From positions 156,895-220,894 of the forward strand of contig JAIPIA010000003.1 of the NCBI GenBank assembly GCA_021734945.1: DNA of 64,000 bases. Reading direction: 5' to 3'. The stretch's first letter is position 1, and the number at the start of each line of letters is the position of its first letter. The DNA comes from Minisyncoccota bacterium. GTDB taxonomy: Bacteria; Patescibacteriota; Minisyncoccia; Phycocordibacterales; CAIZLB01. Position numbers and translations under genes: made by a program. The notes under the pieces are model-generated. The model made no database searches and had not been told where the DNA came from. It saw only the letters and a program-made list of their open reading frames with translations. This document shows, one piece after another, positions 16,077 to 26,842 of the stretch.

Positions 16077-18002
16077 CTACATCTTCAGAGGAACACGTAT
16101 ACCGAGCACATCCAAACCATTTTTTATAACAATAGAAAACGCCTGAACTAGGGCGACTTTGTAAGGAGAGCTCGCGTCATCTACTTTTACAATCTGAGTG
16201 TTCGCATAAAAAGAGTTAAATGTTCCAGCGAGGTCAATGAGATAATTTGCCACATGATGTGGAGAAAGATCCTTCCATGATCGTTCAATAGTTTCTGGAT
16301 ATCGCGCGAGAGTTTTTTCAAGCTTGAGCATAGCGCCAAGATTTGAGCCATCAACACCGGCAGTATCTACCACATCAGCACTATTTCCATTCATATCAAC
16401 GTACTGAACAATTCCCTGTTCTTTAGCTTTGGCGAGAATAGATTTTGCTCGCACGTATGCATATTGTAAATATGGACCAGAATCACCTTCAAATGAAAGA
16501 GATTTTTCCGGATCAAAAATAATATCTCGTCCAAGTGATTGTCGAAGCACTGTGTATTTAATTGCCGCAACTGCAACATCTTTAGCAACTGCTTTTTTCT
16601 CATCTTCTGTCATGTCTCTGTCCTTCATCTTTTCGAGAGATTGTTCAATCATATCCATAAGTAGAGATTCACCTGTAATAACATCACCTGTTCGTGATGA
16701 CATTTTTCCAGTTGTAAGTTTGAGCATTCCATGAGAAACGTGTTTTGTCTTGGCTATTATTTCAGGAAAAATAAAAGAAGCTGACTTAAGTACAACCTTA
16801 AAATATTCATCTTGCTCGTTTGCCGTTACATACACACCGAGGTCGTACTTGTATATATCGTATTTTGTAGGTATAAGTCCGATTTCCTTTCCATCATATG
16901 TAGGTAAACCATCTTTATTGAGAAATACTCGTGTATGTAAGCCGTATTTTTCTCCTGGGAAAATAACAGCGCCATTACTCTCTTCAAAAATAGATGCGCC
17001 TTTTGGAGCCGTGTTTGCTTCCACAATTTCCTTGCCGATCTTTGTAACCTGACTTTCAAAAAAGTATCTATCAAATTTTGTTCCTAGTATTTCATACAAT
17101 TCCTCGAAGTGTTCGAGACTCCATTCCTTTCCTTTATCGTAGATTTCGTTAACTTGAACATCTGATCTCTCATAAATTTTTCGATTTAGTTCACGCACCT
17201 CATCCTCCATTTTTTTGAAATCAACTCCGTTTGCACGACCCTGTCCGTCTACCTCACCTGATTCTTTACATGCATCTTCAAGTTTTTTGAACTGCGTAGC
17301 ACCGAGCGCATAAGCTTTTCCAAAGTACGCAACCTTATCACTTATAGTTGCATCATCGTTTGGAATCCCAACATCCATAAGTCGAAGACCCCACATTGTG
17401 AGTGCAATATGTCGCCCAACATCACCTTGATAACAAAATCGCTTTACTTCCCCGCCATTCGCCTCAGCGAGACGCGCAAGTGATTCACCAGCAGTATTTG
17501 CCATGAGATGTCCAATATGAAAAACCTTGAAAGGATTCGGATCAGTATATTCAAATGCGATTTTCTTTCTTTCGCTATCTACACCTTGCTCAGACTGATT
17601 TGTTCCGTACATGTCACCATTACTTAAAATATCTGCAACTGACTTTCTATATACAGAATTTTTGAGTTGAAAATTTATAAACCCAGGACCAGCAATTTCT
17701 ATTTTCTCGATATCTGCAAATTCTTCAATATTTTCCTGACCAAATTTTAGTTTTTCAACAATTTCAATAGCCAAAGAAAGTGGACTCTTTTTAGCCTTTG
17801 GTGCATATACCATAGCAACGTTTGTAGCATAGTCACCATGTGACATATCAGCAGGCCGTTCTAGAACTATTTTTTTGATTTGTTCTGATGACTCCCCTTC
17901 AGTAAAAACACCCATTTCTGTGAGCACCTCGGCTATCTTCTTAATAATAGATTCTTTAATATTCATGTACTCATATATTACACAAAATAAGGGAAAATGC
18001 AC
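16077..18002 (-). CDS. argS: arginine--tRNA ligase; start likely the internal MNIKES
   Basis: ArgRS N-terminal add-1 pattern (ERPADMSHGDYATNVAM, GPGFINF), HIGH-like FHIGHL and C-terminal anticodon-binding domain. Confidence 0.85.
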   Translation of the reverse strand: MHFPLFCVIYEYMNIKESIIKKIAEVLTEMGVFTEGESSEQIKKIVLERPADMSHGDYATNVAMVYAPKAKKSPLSLAIEIVEKLKFGQENIEEFADIEKIEIAGPGFINFQLKNSVYRKSVADILSNGDMYGTNQSEQGVDSERKKIAFEYTDPNPFKVFHIGHLMANTAGESLARLAEANGGEVKRFCYQGDVGRHIALTMWGLRLMDVGIPNDDATISDKVAYFGKAYALGATQFKKLEDACKESGEVDGQGRANGVDFKKMEDEVRELNRKIYERSDVQVNEIYDKGKEWSLEHFEELYEILGTKFDRYFFESQVTKIGKEIVEANTAPKGASIFEESNGAVIFPGEKYGLHTRVFLNKDGLPTYDGKEIGLIPTKYDIYKYDLGVYVTANEQDEYFKVVLKSASFIFPEIIAKTKHVSHGMLKLTTGKMSSRTGDVITGESLLMDMIEQSLEKMKDRDMTEDEKKAVAKDVAVAAIKYTVLRQSLGRDIIFDPEKSLSFEGDSGPYLQYAYVRAKSILAKAKEQGIVQYVDMNGNSADVVDTAGVDGSNLGAMLKLEKTLARYPETIERSWKDLSPHHVANYLIDLAGTFNSFYANTQIVKVDDASSPYKVALVQAFSIVIKNGLDVLGIRVPLKM

Positions 18003-18065
18003 TTAATGTAAAAAGCATCCAAACCTTAAGTGTCTAGATGCTTTTACGCGCAATAATTCAAATCT

Positions 18066-18926
18066 CTAATTACCTAACACCTTCCCTACCTCCTTCCAAA
18101 CCATCTCGTGTATTTCATCTATTGAAAGTAATTTCCCTTCTGGATGTTCTGCTGTTTTAGGAGCACAGTCTATAACAGTCCAACCAAACTTTTTTGCCAC
18201 ATACAAAAATGCCTCACTTGCCTTTCTCATATGATCTTGATCTGCTTCGTGAATATCTGTCTTTTTACCCTTGAGATATTCTTTATCTGGACGACTAGCA
18301 ATGAGACGTTGATTGGTTTCAGGATCTACATACAAAACAATTGTTAGATCAGGTCGTGGAATTTTAAATATTTCAAATTCAAGATTATCGAGCCACTCAA
18401 GATATTTGTCTCGCTCTACAAGATTATCTATTTTTCCAGCTTGATGTCCCATACTTGCAGATACATATCTATCAGATACGAGAATAGTTCCCGCTTCCAA
18501 CTTTTTCTTCATATCAAATGAGTGATCATATCGATCAACTGCATAAAACATAGATGCAACATACGGACCAACATCGAGCGCTGTGCCGAAACCACCATGC
18601 AAATATTTTTCAACAAGATAACATGAGGGTGTACCGTACCGTGGAAAATCCATTGTTTGTATTAATGAGTCTCTTGCACCCAAAGTAGCAATGTCGTTTA
18701 CTTTTTCATCAGCATTTATTCCATTAGCAGTCGCATCATTTTCAGGGTCTGTATCCTCATCGACTTCAGCATCAGCTCCATGCGGAGCAAAAAGACTCTT
18801 CTCACCTGAGGCAAGACTAGCACCTTCCGAAATAAGTCGTTCAAGGAGTTTTGCAGTCTGAGTCTTTTTTCCAGAACCATCAGTACCTTCTATTACAATG
18901 AGTTTACCTTTTGAGGTTTGGTACAT
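18066..18926 (-). CDS. tmk: thymidylate (dTMP) kinase with an acidic ~45-aa insertion
   Basis: P-loop IVIEGTDGSGKKTQ, DRY motif and LID region. Confidence 0.8.
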   Translation of the reverse strand: MYQTSKGKLIVIEGTDGSGKKTQTAKLLERLISEGASLASGEKSLFAPHGADAEVDEDTDPENDATANGINADEKVNDIATLGARDSLIQTMDFPRYGTPSCYLVEKYLHGGFGTALDVGPYVASMFYAVDRYDHSFDMKKKLEAGTILVSDRYVSASMGHQAGKIDNLVERDKYLEWLDNLEFEIFKIPRPDLTIVLYVDPETNQRLIASRPDKEYLKGKKTDIHEADQDHMRKASEAFLYVAKKFGWTVIDCAPKTAEHPEGKLLSIDEIHEMVWKEVGKVLGN

Positions 18927-18935
18927 GTATGTCGT

Positions 18936-20219
18936 TTATATTTTTATTCCCTTCAAAACCTTATCAATTTTTTCTGCTATTTTTTTAAAATCTGCTTCTT
19001 TCTTTCCACGAGTAGTTTCCGCTGGAGTACCAAGTCGAATACCTGATGGATCAAACGGAGAACGTTTTTCGCCTGGCACTGTATTTTTATTACAAATGAT
19101 TCCAGCCTTTTCAAGCTCAAGCTCAGCTACTTTTCCTGGAATTCCTCCTGCGCCAAGGGCCATTTCGCCGTGTTTAATACTTCTTGCTGCAATTTCAGAT
19201 ACTTTCTCTCCATTCATCCATGTATCAACAAGTACCATATGACTATCAGTTCCATCGGCTACTACATGCCAACCTCTCTTCTGAAGTTCGCTTGCGAGCA
19301 CCTTTGCATTTTTTATAACCTGCTTTGCGTATGATTTAAACTTTGCATCGGTTGCCTCTTTGAGAGCAACTGCAATACCTGCAATCTGACTCTCGTGTGG
19401 ACCACCTTGAAGACCTGGAAATACTGCCTTATCAATTTTTTTGTACAACTCTCGTGAATCTATTCTCGAAAAAATCATTGCACCTCGTGGACCACGAAGA
19501 GTTTTGTGAGTAGTTGTAGTTACAACATCAGCATATGGAAATGGACTTGGATATGCTTTACCAGCAATGAGCCCTGCAAGGTGTGACATGTCTACCATGA
19601 GGAGAGCGCCAGCTTCGTCTGCTATTTTTCTAAAACGCTTCCAATCAACTTCTCGTGGATAAGCAGTGAACCCCGCAACTATAATGGCTGGCTTTTCACT
19701 CTTTGCGAGTTCTTCTACGTAATCATAATCGAGCACTTCTGTCTCCGGATCAACAATATATGTAACTGGTTCCCAAACTTTTCCAGTAATAGAAACTTTT
19801 TGTGCGTGTGAAAGATGTCCTCCTGATGTGAGAGCCATTCCCATAATCTTAGAACCAATAGGAGCAAGCCCTAGGTATACTGCTAAGTTTGCATTAGCAC
19901 CTGACCATGGTTGTACATTTACATGCCACTTACTTTTGTGTGGGTTTTTATCACTAAACTTTTCAACATGTTCACCTTTATCTAAACCAAAAAGTTTTAT
20001 AGCTCTCTCTTGTGCAAGCAATTCAAGCTGATCGACAACTTGGTTTCCACCGTAGTATCGTGCACCTGGATATCCTTCTGCATATTTATTATCAAAAACT
20101 GAACCGAGGGCTTCCAGTGAATCTGCTGAGCAATAGTTTTCTGAGGCAATAAGATTAATTACACTTTTTTGTCGTTTCTTTTCAGCATCTATAAGTTTCT
20201 TGATTTGGAGGTCTTTCAT
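18936..20219 (-). CDS. glyA: serine hydroxymethyltransferase
   Basis: NLIASENY..., PLP-lysine region TTTTHKTLRGPRGAMIF; 427 aa. Confidence 0.9.
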   Translation of the reverse strand: MKDLQIKKLIDAEKKRQKSVINLIASENYCSADSLEALGSVFDNKYAEGYPGARYYGGNQVVDQLELLAQERAIKLFGLDKGEHVEKFSDKNPHKSKWHVNVQPWSGANANLAVYLGLAPIGSKIMGMALTSGGHLSHAQKVSITGKVWEPVTYIVDPETEVLDYDYVEELAKSEKPAIIVAGFTAYPREVDWKRFRKIADEAGALLMVDMSHLAGLIAGKAYPSPFPYADVVTTTTHKTLRGPRGAMIFSRIDSRELYKKIDKAVFPGLQGGPHESQIAGIAVALKEATDAKFKSYAKQVIKNAKVLASELQKRGWHVVADGTDSHMVLVDTWMNGEKVSEIAARSIKHGEMALGAGGIPGKVAELELEKAGIICNKNTVPGEKRSPFDPSGIRLGTPAETTRGKKEADFKKIAEKIDKVLKGIKI

Positions 20220-20437
20220 TCGATTTGATGCAATTTTGCGAATTAATTTAATAAATATTTAAACAAAAAGTAATGTCTACTCGATTATTATCGCCTACCA
20301 TTATGTAACGTTTTAATTATACTTCGGAAGGATTAATTTGGTCTAGAAAAAGAGTAACTGCGACACCAAATCACCTTCCCTGCAAGGATAGAACAATAGA
20401 TTAGTTGGTGCTCATTATGATAAAATTGACTAAATAA

Positions 20438-20863
20438 ATGAAACTCAAAATCAAAAAACTCCACCCAAACGCAAAAATTCCAAGTTATGCATACCATGGC
20501 GATGCAGGTTTTGATTTGTATGTTCCAGAAGTTATTACCCTTCTACCAGGCGATCGTAAAACAATTCCACTCGGTATTGCAGTGGAGATACCTGACGGGT
20601 ATGTAGGTCTCATGTTTGATAAAAGTAGTCTTTCTCACAAACAGGGACTTAAGACTTTTGGAAATGTCATTGATTCAGGGTATCGGGGTGAAATACACGC
20701 CGGACTTATCAATCAATCAGGACAAGCACAGACATTAGAAGCCGGACAAAAAATTATACAGATGTTAATCATTCCTGTTATAACAGTAGATATTGAAGAA
20801 ACATATACACTAAGTGAATCTGGACGTGGAGGTGGAGGTTTTGGAAGTAGTGGAAAAAACTAA
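20438..20863 (+). CDS. dut: dUTP diphosphatase
   Basis: dUTPase motifs AGFDLY, GLMFDKSSL, IDSGYRGEI and Gly-rich C-terminus. Confidence 0.85.
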   Translation: MKLKIKKLHPNAKIPSYAYHGDAGFDLYVPEVITLLPGDRKTIPLGIAVEIPDGYVGLMFDKSSLSHKQGLKTFGNVIDSGYRGEIHAGLINQSGQAQTLEAGQKIIQMLIIPVITVDIEETYTLSESGRGGGGFGSSGKN

Positions 20864-20871
20864 TTTCATAA

Positions 20872-20913
20872 ATAAAAAGCTACCTGTCACAGTGACAGGT
20901 AGCTTTTTATTTT
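20872..20913. terminator. bidirectional intrinsic terminator between dut and rplK
   Basis: Perfect hairpin AGCUACCUGUCAC-AGU-GACAGGUAGCU flanked by A-rich and U-rich tracts. Confidence 0.7.
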
Positions 20914-20925
20914 GCGAGTTGCAGA

Positions 20926-21351
20926 CTATCCAATAACCTCTACTCCGAGTGATCGACATGTTCCTTCGATCATCTTCATAGCACCTTCAATGTCCTTTGC
21001 GTTCATATCTGGCATCTTTCGCTCTGCGATTTCTCGAACCTGAGCTCGAGTAATCTTTCCTACTTTCTTTGTGTTAGCAGTTCCAGAACCTGATTCGATA
21101 TTGATAGCCTTTTTAACGAGGTTAGCAGCAGGAGGAGTCTTGAGAATGAAGTCGTATGATCGGTCTTCATATACAGTGATCACTGTAGGGATAATGTCAC
21201 CCATCATAGACATAGTTGCATCATTGAACTTCTTTACGAAATCACCGATAGCGATACCTGCCTGACCGAGAGCTGGACCAATAGGTGGAGCTGGGTTAGC
21301 TTTTCCTGCAGGAATCTGCAGTTTGAGCTTTTTAGTTATTTTTTTAGCCAT
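20926..21351 (-). CDS. rplK: 50S ribosomal protein L11
   Basis: [33 protein letters not shown] is canonical L11. Confidence 0.9.
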   Translation of the reverse strand: MAKKITKKLKLQIPAGKANPAPPIGPALGQAGIAIGDFVKKFNDATMSMMGDIIPTVITVYEDRSYDFILKTPPAANLVKKAINIESGSGTANTKKVGKITRAQVREIAERKMPDMNAKDIEGAMKMIEGTCRSLGVEVIG

Positions 21352-21419
21352 ATTTTTGGTATAAGGACTCTTATTCCGAGCCTTGATATATTAATTGATT
21401 AATTGGGTCTTAGAGTACC

Positions 21420-21962
21420 TTATGTTCTCTTAACTTGCAAGAAGTCGAGTTCTACTGGAGTTTCTCGTCCAAACATTGAAACAAGAACCTTTACCTTTCC
21501 TCGGTCGTTGTCTACTTCTGACACCTTACCTTCCATATCCTTGAACGGACCATCTGTGATAGAGATAAGATCTCCAGCACTGAGGTCAATAGTGTGCTTA
21601 ACGTTCTCAGTATTCATTCGTTTAAAAAGAGTATCCACTTCTGATTTATCAAGTGGCACAGGTACAGTTCCAGAACCAACGAAACCAGTTACTCGAGGAG
21701 TGTTTCGTACTACGTACCAAGAGTCATCAGTTACAATCATGTCTACAAGCACATATCCAGGGTAGATTTTTTCTTCCTCTTCAACTCGCTTCCCTGCTTT
21801 GATTTTGATTTTCTTTTCAGTAGGAACAATTACATTAAAAATTTTGTCTTCCATAAGAAGAGACTCTATACGCTGCTTGAGATTTCGAAGTACAGCATTT
21901 TCATATCCAGCATATGTGTGGATTGCGTACCAATTTCGCTGACCTTCTGCTTGTTTTGCCAT
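21420..21962 (-). CDS. nusG: transcription termination/antitermination factor NusG
   Basis: NGN domain (WYAIHTYAGYENAV) plus C-terminal KOW; sits in the conserved secE-nusG-rplK context. Confidence 0.9.
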   Translation of the reverse strand: MAKQAEGQRNWYAIHTYAGYENAVLRNLKQRIESLLMEDKIFNVIVPTEKKIKIKAGKRVEEEEKIYPGYVLVDMIVTDDSWYVVRNTPRVTGFVGSGTVPVPLDKSEVDTLFKRMNTENVKHTIDLSAGDLISITDGPFKDMEGKVSEVDNDRGKVKVLVSMFGRETPVELDFLQVKRT

Positions 21963-22047
21963 AGTGTTTTGCGCCGAAGCGCTAGTTAGTTAAAGTTTAT
22001 TAAAATTGAACCGTCTCTCTTAATCTAAATATCTGTATTTAATCTAA

Positions 22048-22236
22048 TTAGCTCAGTGAAGGGATGAGAAGTTTGAGCCCAGCTGCAAAGACTGAATCAA
22101 GGAGACCCAAATATGCAGAGACAAAGAAAGAAACTGCAATAACGAGAATACCGTAAATAACAGTCTGACGTCGTGTAGGCCATGTTACATGTTTCATTTC
22201 AGCCATTGTTTCGTTTATGTATTGTTTTATAGCCAT
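22048..22236 (-). CDS. secE: preprotein translocase subunit SecE
   Basis: 62 aa with one TM helix, directly upstream of nusG. Confidence 0.7.
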   Translation of the reverse strand: MAIKQYINETMAEMKHVTWPTRRQTVIYGILVIAVSFFVSAYLGLLDSVFAAGLKLLIPSLS

Positions 22237-22261
22237 TTGATTTGTTTTAGATGATAAAACT

Positions 22262-22292
22262 TGTATTTAAAAACACCCTTGCGGGTGTCTTT
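22262..22292 (-). terminator. intrinsic terminator on minus strand after the SIMPL-domain gene
   Basis: Minus strand reads ACACCCGCAAGGGUGU followed by UUUUUAAAU. Confidence 0.5.
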
Positions 22293-22347
22293 ATGTATGG
22301 GCTTATTCTATGCTTTTGCTGGGTTTTGTCAACCAGGTGACCGGAGC

Positions 22348-23247
22348 CTACTTAATCTGATACGTAATATTTACCTCTGAACTTACCTTGTTTGTTCCTG
22401 TAGGTAGATCAGGTGTTACAGCGGCTTTTTCCATCATAGATGACCGTGATGACATCGCATCCATAGCGTATGGATAGTAACCTCCACCGTTTTCATTAAA
22501 CGAAGTTATTCGAACAAGCTTTACACCGAGAGATTTTGCCAAAACCTCTGCCTCCTGTCTTGCTTTGAGGATTGCCTCATCTCGTACTACTCGTTTGTAT
22601 GCATCCATATCATCAATAGTATTAACAGGAGTAGAAACTCTAACTCCTACTGTCGCAAGGCCAGCAACAAGCTCTCCCACTATTTTTTGGTTCTTGTTAA
22701 TATCTCGTACTTTTACTCGTACACTTTGAGACGTTGTATATCCTGAAATAACTGATTCCGTATTACATGGTGGCATTATTGTTGGAGAAGCTACAGTCAT
22801 GCCAGATACAGTCGTCTTGTTAGACATAGGACTTATACAGTTTTTGTATGATGTCTCATATTTTGGATATGTATTAAGACCTGTTGTCTTGATATCCGCT
22901 TCTTTGATACCTTTTTCTTTAACAAAAGCAATCGCTTTATTGTTAATTGTTGCAGATTTCGACTGTGACTCTTCACTTGTCTTTCCGTCAGCTTCAATGC
23001 TCCATTCAAAAGTAGTTATATCTGGAGTAACATCCATATCAGATTTACCTGTAACTGAAATTACATTTTGTACACTAAAAGATGCGTCATCGCCGATAGT
23101 TGAGTACGTTTTTATTTCGTTCATTGTTTTAACAACGAGAAAGAGAGTAAGAACACCTATAGCAGCAGCTCCTACAATTTTGAGGAAACTATTTAACTCT
23201 TCAGATGTGAAATTAAAATGGTGAGATGTATTCATTTGATTTTTCAA
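22348..23247 (-). CDS. membrane-anchored SIMPL-domain (DUF541/YggE-like) protein
   Basis: N-terminal TM helix followed by a two-lobed SIMPL-like periplasmic region. Confidence 0.45.
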   Translation of the reverse strand: MKNQMNTSHHFNFTSEELNSFLKIVGAAAIGVLTLFLVVKTMNEIKTYSTIGDDASFSVQNVISVTGKSDMDVTPDITTFEWSIEADGKTSEESQSKSATINNKAIAFVKEKGIKEADIKTTGLNTYPKYETSYKNCISPMSNKTTVSGMTVASPTIMPPCNTESVISGYTTSQSVRVKVRDINKNQKIVGELVAGLATVGVRVSTPVNTIDDMDAYKRVVRDEAILKARQEAEVLAKSLGVKLVRITSFNENGGGYYPYAMDAMSSRSSMMEKAAVTPDLPTGTNKVSSEVNITYQIK

Positions 23248-23287
23248 TATAAATTAATAATATTTGATTTGTTAAGTATAGCATAAA

Positions 23288-24190
23288 TTACTTACCTATC
23301 TTTTTCAAATATGCGTCATACACGTTCTGAAACAATGATGAAACTGTGAGTGGACCAACACCTCCTGGTACTGGAGAAATAGCCGCAACTATTTGTGACA
23401 CAGCATTATAATCAACATCTCCTGTTATTTTTTCAACTTCCTCATCTTTAATAAAAGTAGTCCCAACATCAATTATCACTTGATGAGGCCTAACACAATG
23501 TTCGTCTATAAGTCTTGGGAAACCAACCGCACTAATTATAATATCGGCTTCCAAAGTATGGTCAGCAAGCTTTACAGTACCGCTGTGACAAACTGTCACA
23601 GTTGCACCTTTATTTATAAGTGCCATAGCTGTCGGCTTACCTACAAGAGTTGATCTACCCACTACTACAACTTTTTTTCCACTAACCTGAATATCGTAAT
23701 AATCGAGCATAGTAAGAATAGCCCGAGCTGTAGCTGGTAATATATACCCCTTATCATTTGTCCAAAGTCCTCTTATATTCTCTGAAGTAAGCCCATCAAC
23801 GTCCTTAGATGAAATAACCGCTTCCACAAGTACATCCCTGTCTATATGTTTCGGTAGTGGAAGTTGAATTATTATTCCATGAACAGAATCATCAGTATTA
23901 AGCGATGAAATTTCCTTCAACACCTCAGAATCACTGACTGTATCAGGTAGATGGATGTGTAGAACTTCGGCACCAATAGTATGTCCAAATTTCTTTTTAT
24001 GCTCAATGTATTTTGTAGACTCCTTTGTATTACCAATCTGAATAATAGCAAGGCAAGGCTTAGCAAAACCATCGGCAAGATTAATAGCAATCCTAGTACT
24101 CAGGTCCTGTCTGATTTCACTGTTTATCTTTTTTCCATCAAGTATAAGTGGCATATGAGAATAGTGTATGTGAGGCTTAAATTCTAGCAA
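23288..24190 (-). CDS. folD: bifunctional methylenetetrahydrofolate dehydrogenase/cyclohydrolase; start likely MPLILDG
   Basis: FolD signature regions (PCLAIIQIGNTKES, DVDGL, VVVGRSTLVGKP, PVPGGVGP). Confidence 0.85.
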   Translation of the reverse strand: MLEFKPHIHYSHMPLILDGKKINSEIRQDLSTRIAINLADGFAKPCLAIIQIGNTKESTKYIEHKKKFGHTIGAEVLHIHLPDTVSDSEVLKEISSLNTDDSVHGIIIQLPLPKHIDRDVLVEAVISSKDVDGLTSENIRGLWTNDKGYILPATARAILTMLDYYDIQVSGKKVVVVGRSTLVGKPTAMALINKGATVTVCHSGTVKLADHTLEADIIISAVGFPRLIDEHCVRPHQVIIDVGTTFIKDEEVEKITGDVDYNAVSQIVAAISPVPGGVGPLTVSSLFQNVYDAYLKKIGK

Positions 24191-24193
24191 TAC

Positions 24194-24985
24194 TTACACA
24201 AAATATAGTACACCCAAAAATACAATTGCCAAGACGATTCTGTATACACCAAAAGCGGCAAATGAATGCTTTTGTATATAAGCAAGAAATGTCTTGATTG
24301 CGAGCAGTGCTACAAAGAATGCCGTTATAAAACCTATACTCAACATTTCTAACTGATTGCCGACAAATGAGTCATGATGTTTGTATACATCGAGAGCAGT
24401 AGCAGCCAACATAACAGGTATCGCAAGTAAGAATGAAAATTCAACAATCACCTTTCGAGAGAGACCCAACATTTGACCACCTATAATAGTAGCAGCAGAA
24501 CGGGACACCCCTGGAACAATAGCTATCGACTGAAAGAGACCTATATACAAAGCTTGTTTAACAGTGACTGAGGATTCAACTAAATCTGTATCTACCTGCG
24601 CAACCATACCTTTCATATTTTTTTTCTCAAATAACCAGATAATGATACCTCCGAAAAAAAGTGAAGCGATGACAACATACACATTTCCAAGCAGATATCT
24701 TTTTACTACTGAATACAGAGCGAGCCCGATAACAGCCGTTGGTAGAAAAGCTAAAAAAACTTTGTACATGAGTGCAAAATTACTAAAAATCTTTTTTCTA
24801 TATACAAAAACCACAGCAAGAATTGCACCGAGTTGTATGATTATCTCAAAACTTTTAGTAAATGAGTCTTCTCCAATCTGCAATAAACTACTAACAAGAA
24901 TCATGTGACCAGTTGATGAAACCGGCAAAAACTCTGTTATTCCTTCAACTATACCAAGTATCAAAGCATCTAAATAAGTCATCAT
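24194..24985 (-). CDS. uppP: undecaprenyl-diphosphate phosphatase
   Basis: BacA/UppP N-terminus ILGIVEGITEFLPVSSTGHMIL, 8 TM helices, and the second motif PGVSRSAATI. Confidence 0.85.
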   Translation of the reverse strand: MMTYLDALILGIVEGITEFLPVSSTGHMILVSSLLQIGEDSFTKSFEIIIQLGAILAVVFVYRKKIFSNFALMYKVFLAFLPTAVIGLALYSVVKRYLLGNVYVVIASLFFGGIIIWLFEKKNMKGMVAQVDTDLVESSVTVKQALYIGLFQSIAIVPGVSRSAATIIGGQMLGLSRKVIVEFSFLLAIPVMLAATALDVYKHHDSFVGNQLEMLSIGFITAFFVALLAIKTFLAYIQKHSFAAFGVYRIVLAIVFLGVLYFV

Positions 24986-25056
24986 AGTAGCTATAATAAC
25001 ATTTATTAATTATTTAGGAATTTCCGCCCAGCACCTTGTACATCACATACTTCTAC

Positions 25057-25608
25057 TTATCTTTGATGCTTCTCATACATAAGGATAGAAAATGAAGAGA
25101 TAATTAAACCTATAAATAAACCCCCGATAACATCTGTGGCGTAATGCACACCTAAATATATACGGCTCATTGAGACAACTAGAACAATACAGATACACAT
25201 AAAAATAAAAACACCTCTAGTTATCTTATTCCTAAAATGAGATTTATAAGAATATGCAATTAAAGTAAAAAATACTACAGCCATCATTGCGTGAGCACTT
25301 GCAAACCCATATCCGATCTCGGGGATCAAACCTCCAGTTGGTCTAGGTAATCTTACAAGCTCTTTTGTACCCACTGCCACTATCGCAGTTGTACCCATCG
25401 TCAATATAAACTGCGATAGGTGCGAATACTTTTTATGTAACCACATAAACATAACCAAGACGAGACAATATAAAGCTATACTTGAAGGACCGCCTATGTC
25501 TGTCAAAAAAATCATACTCTTGGTAAGAAATGGATTTTGAATAGACTCAAAAATATTTTTAAAGTAAATATTTATTACATTCAATTGATTTAAGTAGAAA
25601 AAGTCCAT
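25057..25608 (-). CDS. PAP2-family membrane phosphatase (PgpB-like)
   Basis: PAP2 motifs KELVRLPRP ... SAHA ... SRIYLGVHYATDV. Confidence 0.7.
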   Translation of the reverse strand: MDFFYLNQLNVINIYFKNIFESIQNPFLTKSMIFLTDIGGPSSIALYCLVLVMFMWLHKKYSHLSQFILTMGTTAIVAVGTKELVRLPRPTGGLIPEIGYGFASAHAMMAVVFFTLIAYSYKSHFRNKITRGVFIFMCICIVLVVSMSRIYLGVHYATDVIGGLFIGLIISSFSILMYEKHQR

Positions 25609-25653
25609 TTTATTTGTATTTAGATTATACTACGATTCTGTTATACTTTTGTT

Positions 25654-26841
25654 ATGTCTAAGCCCCTCTTAATCCTCATCATTCTAGTAAGTATATATGG
25701 AACTCCCTGCACTACTCAAGCTGAGGAAAATATAATTGAACCAAACAATACCGCTAGTACTAATCCTTTTAATCTCTCAATTCCTGAGACCTTTATTCTT
25801 CAAACCAATTTATCTACTAGTTCACCCCTTATCGATGTATTTAATGCTGCACAAATGACAGAAGCAATACTTAGTTCCTCTCTTGTAAGTTCAACCTCTA
25901 CAGAGTTTTTTGGCCCTACTTTTTTTGATGAATCCAATTCAAACCCTATAGAGCAAATTGAATCTTCTACTACAACGCTCTCAATTGAAGCACCTTTTAT
26001 AAAGCAATGGCAAACATTAGGTGGAATAACACGGACGTTATCACTCAATACTAAAAATGATCAGGTTCTACTCTTACAAGGCGCACTCAAAGGTCTTGTA
26101 CCCGAATTCAAACCTACATATATAACAAGCTATTTTGGAATAAAAACAAAAGAAGCAGTAATTCTCCTCCAAAAAAGATATGGAATAGAGCAAAATGGAG
26201 TAGTAGGACCTAAAACTAGAGCACTTCTCAATCAAAAATACTTAAATAACTTATGTCCTCAGAAAGCAAGCGTTGTAAGACTGTACGAAAATATAAACAG
26301 AACAAACTCGGTTCCTCTTGACTATACTCCACCCGAATTAAGAAAACTTCAATCACCTATTAAGACCACTGGGGTTATTTGCCTTTCTGATGAACCCGCT
26401 ACAGCGCTCGAATTACTTTTTAATGATGCAAAAAAAGAGGGACACCAGCTTATAGTTCTATCAGGGTACCGAAGACCTGAAATACAAAAACTCCTTCTTG
26501 CATGGTCAAGTAAAAACAATATAAAATCCACAGATGAAGAAGCACTTAGTCTAGCGGAAGCAGGACACTCTGAACATCAACTAGGTACAACAGTAGACCT
26601 TGGTGGCAGAAGTCAAAATTTTAATGGTCCTTATTCAAGTTTTGGGGAGACTCCGGAAGGAAAATGGTTAAGATTGAATAGTTACAAATATGGATTTAGC
26701 ATGAGTTATCCAAAAGGAAAAGAGGATGTAACAGGGTATATCTATGAACCTTGGCACTTCAGATATATAGGAACAACTACAGCAAAAGAAATTTATGATA
26801 ATGGTATTAGCATTCAAGAATATCTAAGCCGACAAAATTAA
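25654..26841 (+). CDS. secreted peptidoglycan-binding (PG_binding_1) protein with VanY/M15-type D,D-carboxypeptidase domain
   Basis: Signal peptide; PG-binding repeat GIEQNGVVGPKTRALL; M15 motifs SGYRRPEIQ, SEHQLGTTVDLG, EPWHFRYIG. Confidence 0.75.
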   Translation: MSKPLLILIILVSIYGTPCTTQAEENIIEPNNTASTNPFNLSIPETFILQTNLSTSSPLIDVFNAAQMTEAILSSSLVSSTSTEFFGPTFFDESNSNPIEQIESSTTTLSIEAPFIKQWQTLGGITRTLSLNTKNDQVLLLQGALKGLVPEFKPTYITSYFGIKTKEAVILLQKRYGIEQNGVVGPKTRALLNQKYLNNLCPQKASVVRLYENINRTNSVPLDYTPPELRKLQSPIKTTGVICLSDEPATALELLFNDAKKEGHQLIVLSGYRRPEIQKLLLAWSSKNNIKSTDEEALSLAEAGHSEHQLGTTVDLGGRSQNFNGPYSSFGETPEGKWLRLNSYKYGFSMSYPKGKEDVTGYIYEPWHFRYIGTTTAKEIYDNGISIQEYLSRQN

Positions 26842-26842
26842 A

